The notes under the pieces were generated by a model. It was given only the letters and a program-made list of their open reading frames with translations, made no database searches and was not told the origin of the DNA. Shown here piece by piece: positions 26,380-30,343 of a stretch of DNA of 30,343 bases. The stretch covers positions 1 to 30,343 of the forward strand of contig CAZLDZ010000001.1 of assembly GCA_964558435.1 (NCBI GenBank), written 5' to 3'. The translations under genes were made by a program, and so were the position numbers. Origin of the DNA: an uncultured bacterium (GTDB lineage Bacteria > Chlamydiota > Chlamydiia > Chlamydiales > Rhabdochlamydiaceae). Each line of letters opens with the position of its first letter. Position 1 is the stretch's first letter.

Positions 26380-26398
26380 CTTTTTTAAGGAGAACACT

Positions 26399-27001
26399 AT
26401 GAAAAAACTATCAATGATTCTTACATGTACAGCTCTGTGTGGAGCTGCATTTGCAGTGGAGCCGACAACCCCCTACGGGATTGTCAATTTCACAACATGC
26501 ATCACAGATTCCAAACTCGGGAAACAAGAACAGGGCACTTTTGAAGCTCTGAAAAAGCAGCTTTCCTCTCTGATCGAAGACACCGAAAAACAGCTCACCG
26601 AAATCAGCAACAAAATGAACGATGCTGAATACATGGATGGGCTTTCTCCTGAAGCAGAAGATGAGATGAAAAACAAATTCCAAGCTCTCAATGATGAGAT
26701 GGCGCGCTACCAAAACCAGTACTACCAAGTGCTGAACCAAGCGAACATGCGCGTGATGCAAACGCTTGCTACGAGCATTTCTGCAGCAGCAGAACGTGTT
26801 GCCAAAGAAAAGAAAATCGGCATGGTTATCAATAAAGACGCCTGCTTCTTCTACTCTCCGCAAAATGAGATCACAACTCTTGTGATTGGCGAGATGGACC
26901 GCCTCTTTGAGCAGGAGAAAAAAGCCCAGGCACAAACACAAACCCCTGTTCTTCCTGCAAGCAATGAACAGGCACCTGTAGCCCCTGAGCAGACCAAGTA
27001 A
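26399..27001 (+). CDS. skp: Skp/OmpH periplasmic chaperone
   Basis: AAGGAG SD before MKKLSMILT; GIVNF motif; coiled coils; DACFFY...ITTLVI; located between bamA and lpxD. Confidence 0.9.
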   Translation: MKKLSMILTCTALCGAAFAVEPTTPYGIVNFTTCITDSKLGKQEQGTFEALKKQLSSLIEDTEKQLTEISNKMNDAEYMDGLSPEAEDEMKNKFQALNDEMARYQNQYYQVLNQANMRVMQTLATSISAAAERVAKEKKIGMVINKDACFFYSPQNEITTLVIGEMDRLFEQEKKAQAQTQTPVLPASNEQAPVAPEQTK

Positions 27002-27002
27002 A

Positions 27003-28028
27003 ATGCCAAGTCTCGGGCAACTTGCACAGATAACCGGTGCTGAGCTCGTCGGTGATCCAGAATATGTGATCACCGGCGTCGCTTCCTTGGAAGAAGCTAT
27101 AAAAACCGATATCTCGTTTCTTGCAAACATGCACTACAAAGAAGCGCTGGATAAATCCCATGCGGGCGCCATCTGTGTTGCGCCTGGCATTGAGCTGGTG
27201 CAAGGAAAAAATTTCCTTGTCTCAGAAAATCCCTCGCGCACCTTCCAACAGATTGTTGAGCACCTGATTCGCAAGCTAGAATCCGGCTTTTGCGGCATCC
27301 ACCCCACAGCTGCCATCCATGCCAGTGTTGTTCTGGGAAAAGATGTTGAGATCGGCCCCTATGTTGTCATCGATCAAGGTTCCACGATCGGTGATCGCAC
27401 ACGCCTTGCGCCACACGTTTGTATCGGCGCAGGCGTCTTTATTGGGGAAGATTGTCTTCTGCATGCGCACGCCGTAGTGCGTGAAGGCTGCAAGCTCGGA
27501 AGTCGTGTCATCCTGCAACCCGGTGCCATCATCGGATCGTGCGGCTTTGGCTATACGACAGATGCGCAAGGGCACCATCAAAAACTCGATCAACTCGGCA
27601 TTGTGATCCTCGAAGATGATGTCGAAATTGGTGCGAACACCACCATCGACCGCGCCCGCTTTAAAGTGACGCGCATCGGCCGTGGCACTAAAATCGATAA
27701 CCTCGTCCAGATCGGCCACAACGTCATCATCGGCGAACACAACATCATCGTCTCCCAAACCGGCATCGCCGGCTCCGTAAAAACGGGAAGATACGTCGTC
27801 TTCGGCGGCCAAACAGGCGTCACCGGCCACGCCCACATCACGGACAACGTCATGATCGGCGCCCAAGGCGGCGTCAGCAAATCCATCACAAAAAGCGGCA
27901 AATACGCCGGCAGCCCCGTGCTCCCCCTAAACGAGCACAACAAGCAACAAGTGCTGCTCCGCAAAATCAAAGATTTTGCAGATAGGCTCAAGGCCTTAGA
28001 AGAGCACTTTTTTGCGGGACAAGATTAA
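27003..28028 (+). CDS. lpxD: UDP-3-O-(3-hydroxyacyl)glucosamine N-acyltransferase
   Basis: Hexapeptide repeats, IGSCGFGY, VEIGANTTIDR, TKIDNLVQIGHNV. Confidence 0.97.
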   Translation: MPSLGQLAQITGAELVGDPEYVITGVASLEEAIKTDISFLANMHYKEALDKSHAGAICVAPGIELVQGKNFLVSENPSRTFQQIVEHLIRKLESGFCGIHPTAAIHASVVLGKDVEIGPYVVIDQGSTIGDRTRLAPHVCIGAGVFIGEDCLLHAHAVVREGCKLGSRVILQPGAIIGSCGFGYTTDAQGHHQKLDQLGIVILEDDVEIGANTTIDRARFKVTRIGRGTKIDNLVQIGHNVIIGEHNIIVSQTGIAGSVKTGRYVVFGGQTGVTGHAHITDNVMIGAQGGVSKSITKSGKYAGSPVLPLNEHNKQQVLLRKIKDFADRLKALEEHFFAGQD

Positions 28029-28300
28029 TCATCGTAAACGTCTTTTCGATGATCAACTGCAACAATAACAACAGATTTTCTGGCTTCTTCAATACGATAA
28101 ACAATTCTATATGCATTTATTCTCAGCCTTCTATGACCTTTCAGGCTATAGCGGAGCGGTTTACCAAAACTGAGAGGATCGACTTCCAGTCGATCCCGCA
28201 TTGCTCTTCCTAACATTCTTTGAATAGCTTTTGGCAGCGATTTGAATTGCTTTAAAACTTCTTGATCCAGGAACTCTACTCGATATGAAGTTCTTTCCAT
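28025..28300 (-). CDS. relE: RelE/ParE-family toxin
   Basis: YRVEF...KQFKSLPK...PLSFGKPLRYSLKGHRRLRINAYRIVYRI...VAVDHRKDVY. Confidence 0.9.
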   Translation of the reverse strand: MERTSYRVEFLDQEVLKQFKSLPKAIQRMLGRAMRDRLEVDPLSFGKPLRYSLKGHRRLRINAYRIVYRIEEARKSVVIVAVDHRKDVYDD

Positions 28301-28518
28301 AATTTATCTGCGGAAATTCTTGGTTTGCCTTTGGCTCTTTTTTCTGCTTGTGCAGCAAGATTGGAAAGATAAATATCTTCGCGCAATTCAAGAGCTTCTT
28401 CAACAAGTTCCTGTGCAACATGGGAAAGCGATGTATCTCTTTTTTTTGACAAACGTGTTAGAGCTCTTGCCGTTCTTGGTCTAAAGGTGACGTTAATTCT
28501 GCGATGTTTTGTTGTCAT
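28276..28518 (-). CDS. Ribbon-helix-helix antitoxin
   Basis: RINVTF beta-strand followed by two helices (LTRLSKKRDTSLSHVAQELVEEALELRED); overlaps the toxin start. Confidence 0.85.
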   Translation of the reverse strand: MTTKHRRINVTFRPRTARALTRLSKKRDTSLSHVAQELVEEALELREDIYLSNLAAQAEKRAKGKPRISADKLWKELHIE

Positions 28519-28541
28519 ATGGGACCTTTAAAAGGTTAAGA

Positions 28542-28568
28542 TGTATCACAAGTGTATCACTTTGTCAA
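28542..28568 (-). promoter_or_regulatory. TA promoter with tandem operator-like repeats
   Basis: Minus strand has a perfect TTGACA (28568-28563) followed by GTGATACA twice (28560-28553, 28549-28542), 11-bp period. Confidence 0.65.
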
Positions 28569-28606
28569 GCCTTTCGTCTTTTGGTAATTTTTTAATCAAT
28601 AGCAAA

Positions 28607-29011
28607 CTAGATGGAGTCGGCACCAGGATTGATAAGAGCAGTCGGATGTGAACCGATTTGTGCGATTTCCCGGGGAAAATTGTAGCGTAAACCTTGGTCG
28701 CCGCAGTAATTAGCGATGCCGTTCGCGTGGCCGAAGATGAACTTTTCGGGGATTTCTAAAAGGGAAGAGACACAATTTTGGTAAGAACGACGCGTGTATG
28801 TTCTGATGCCCTCACCACAGCACAAAGATAATAAAGACCCCAAAGTGCCCAGCACGGCCTGATACGCGTAGAAAAAAGGTGCCACCAGAGCCACGACGCG
28901 CGGAATGATTTCGCGCAAGATCGGGTTTTGGATGGGCACACCAAAGCCGATGCGCTCCAAAGTGAAGGCTGGAAACAATACTCCGTAATACAGTGCAGAT
29001 CTGCAGTCCAT
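28607..29011 (-). CDS. Hypothetical hydrophobic protein, paralog of 29011..29517
   Basis: 134 aa; shares ALVAPFFYAYQA, VSSLLEIPEK and NYCG with its neighbour; TAATG stop-start overlap. Confidence 0.75.
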   Translation of the reverse strand: MDCRSALYYGVLFPAFTLERIGFGVPIQNPILREIIPRVVALVAPFFYAYQAVLGTLGSLLSLCCGEGIRTYTRRSYQNCVSSLLEIPEKFIFGHANGIANYCGDQGLRYNFPREIAQIGSHPTALINPGADSI

Positions 29012-29517
29012 TAGCCTTGGGCCTCCGGAGGAATGTTCATGTCAACGTCACCCAAGTCATCATCATCGCCAACAACAGGATCAGGCTGAGGAGTTTCTCC
29101 TCTCCCTACACTCGGACGGTATCTGTCTTTGTGGCCGCAGTAATTGGGCTGGCAATCGGGTCCGTAAATCAGTTTTTCGGGTATTTCTAAAAGGGAAGAG
29201 ACGAGATTTTGTAAGGAAATTGCCGCATGTAAGCCAGCAAAACCAGGAACTATTCCCCCACCACAAAGAAGTAATGGAGAAGATATGATTGTCAAACTGA
29301 TGCCCAGGAGGGCTTGGTAGGCATAAAAAAATGGGGCCACAAGAGCCGCGATCCGTGTCAGGATTTGTTTCCAGCAGTCTTTCACTTGCGGGACAGGCTT
29401 TTCTGTGTAGTAGTCCACAGTGCCAAATGCTTCATGCTCCAATACATAGGCCGGAAAAGCCATACAATCCATGAAATACTCTGCTGTTGGATTTCTCGCA
29501 AATATGCTATTGATCAT
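29011..29517 (-). CDS. Hypothetical Inc-like protein with acidic tail
   Basis: 168 aa; GGAG SD; about 45-50 residue hydrophobic stretch; DDDDLGDVD tail. Confidence 0.78.
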   Translation of the reverse strand: MINSIFARNPTAEYFMDCMAFPAYVLEHEAFGTVDYYTEKPVPQVKDCWKQILTRIAALVAPFFYAYQALLGISLTIISSPLLLCGGGIVPGFAGLHAAISLQNLVSSLLEIPEKLIYGPDCQPNYCGHKDRYRPSVGRGETPQPDPVVGDDDDLGDVDMNIPPEAQG

Positions 29518-29544
29518 AGTGTCTCCATTTGTTTTTGAATAAAA

Positions 29545-29573
29545 AGCATACCATTTTCTTGCTAGAGATTCAA
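29545..29573 (-). promoter_or_regulatory. Sigma66/sigma70 promoter of the paralog pair
   Basis: Minus strand TTGAAT-N17-TATGCT. Confidence 0.6.
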
Positions 29574-29603
29574 TAATTAAAATTATGATTATTAACTTTA
29601 ATT

Positions 29604-29628
29604 ATGCGGGGTTGTGACCACCCCGCAT
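29604..29628 (-). terminator. GC-rich hairpin after acpP (possible terminator, weak U-tract)
   Basis: atgcggggt/accccgcat 9-bp stem 3 nt after the acpP stop. Confidence 0.5.
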
Positions 29629-29631
29629 CGC

Positions 29632-29880
29632 TTACTTCTTTTTGGCTTGGATATAGGCAACAACATCGCCGACAGTTTTGAGTTTTTCGGCTTCTTCCTC
29701 GGATATTTCAAAGCCGAAGCGCTCTTCAAATGTCATGATGAGCTCTGTGAGATCGAGTGAGTCGGCGTTGAGGTCTTCAACGAACGACTTTTGCAGTGTG
29801 ACGTCTGCGGCATCGACGCCGAGCTGTTCGGTGACGATGTCGATCACTTCTTTTTCAATAGATGCTGTCTTTCCTTCCAT
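29632..29880 (-). CDS. acpP: Acyl carrier protein
   Basis: [14 protein letters not shown] phosphopantetheine motif; AAGGAG SD before ATG 29880. Confidence 0.96.
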   Translation of the reverse strand: MEGKTASIEKEVIDIVTEQLGVDAADVTLQKSFVEDLNADSLDLTELIMTFEERFGFEISEEEAEKLKTVGDVVAYIQAKKK

Positions 29881-29908
29881 AGTCTCCTTCCTTTCCAATT
29901 TACTAAAG

Positions 29909-30343
29909 TTACATAACCATTCCGCCATCGACGGTGAGCACTTGCCCTGTGATGTAATTCGACAGCGCGCTTGCTAAAAACACGGCTGCGTCGGCAATTT
30001 CTTGGGTCTTGCCCATACGTCCCATCGGGATTTTTTTGAGAATTGCTTCGCGTTGCGGATCTGTCAAGGCATCTGTCATGCGCGTCTGGATAAAACCAGG
30101 GGCGATGCAGTTGACGCAAATGCCACGCGAGGCAAGCTCTTGGGCGAGGGCTTTTGTAAAGCCGATCATTCCCGATTTGGATGCAGCATAATTCACTTGG
30201 CCTGCATTTCCTGTCAAGCCAACGACGGAGGAAATATTGATGATTTTTCCGCTTTTGGCTTTGATGAGCGGGCGCATCAGCGTCTGGCACGTGTTATAGA
30301 CAGATTTTAAATTGACGCTGAGGACTTCGTCCCACTCCTCTTC
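29909..30343 (-). CDS. fabG: 3-oxoacyl-ACP reductase, 5' part outside the window
   Basis: [17 protein letters not shown] (YxxxK), [21 protein letters not shown]; frame open to the window edge. Confidence 0.95.
   Translation of the reverse strand, partial: EEEWDEVLSVNLKSVYNTCQTLMRPLIKAKSGKIINISSVVGLTGNAGQVNYAASKSGMIGFTKALAQELASRGICVNCIAPGFIQTRMTDALTDPQREAILKKIPMGRMGKTQEIADAAVFLASALSNYITGQVLTVDGGMVM

Noticed and set aside
1-30343. CRISPR arrays, tRNA, rRNA
   Set aside because: No regularly spaced direct repeats with unique spacers and no tRNA cloverleaf with T-loop/CCA features were seen; the 23833 structure lacks tRNA consensus. A tRNAscan-SE/Infernal run would be decisive.

Overview
This 30.3 kb window is core chromosome from a Chlamydiota bacterium, most likely an environmental lineage (inferred from pkn1, rnhC next to a RodZ-like HTH gene, gatCAB, bamA-skp-lpxD, a Legionella-type MOMP-family porin and Inc-like proteins). 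The housekeeping blocks are rodZ-like/yyaL/pkn1, rnhC, gatCAB, xerD, adk, ferredoxin plus a DUF1858-IscA fusion, bamA-skp-lpxD and fabG-acpP. Small accessory inserts interrupt them: two type II toxin-antitoxin modules (HigBA, RelE with an RHH antitoxin), a 164-bp Correia-like MITE, a GxxExxY nuclease gene enclosed by 24-bp inverted repeats, a YhcG/DUF1016 remnant and two large intergenic palindromes. Seven ORFs without a family I recognise look like secreted or inclusion-membrane effectors (15.1-22.4 kb and 28.6-29.5 kb). The most unexplained signal is a strand-asymmetric synonymous-site bias next to the accessory inserts: C on the + strand to their left, with a weaker G bias to their right. 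I saw no rRNA, tRNA or CRISPR array. All family assignments are by-eye motif recognition and all counts were done by hand; no database searches were run.
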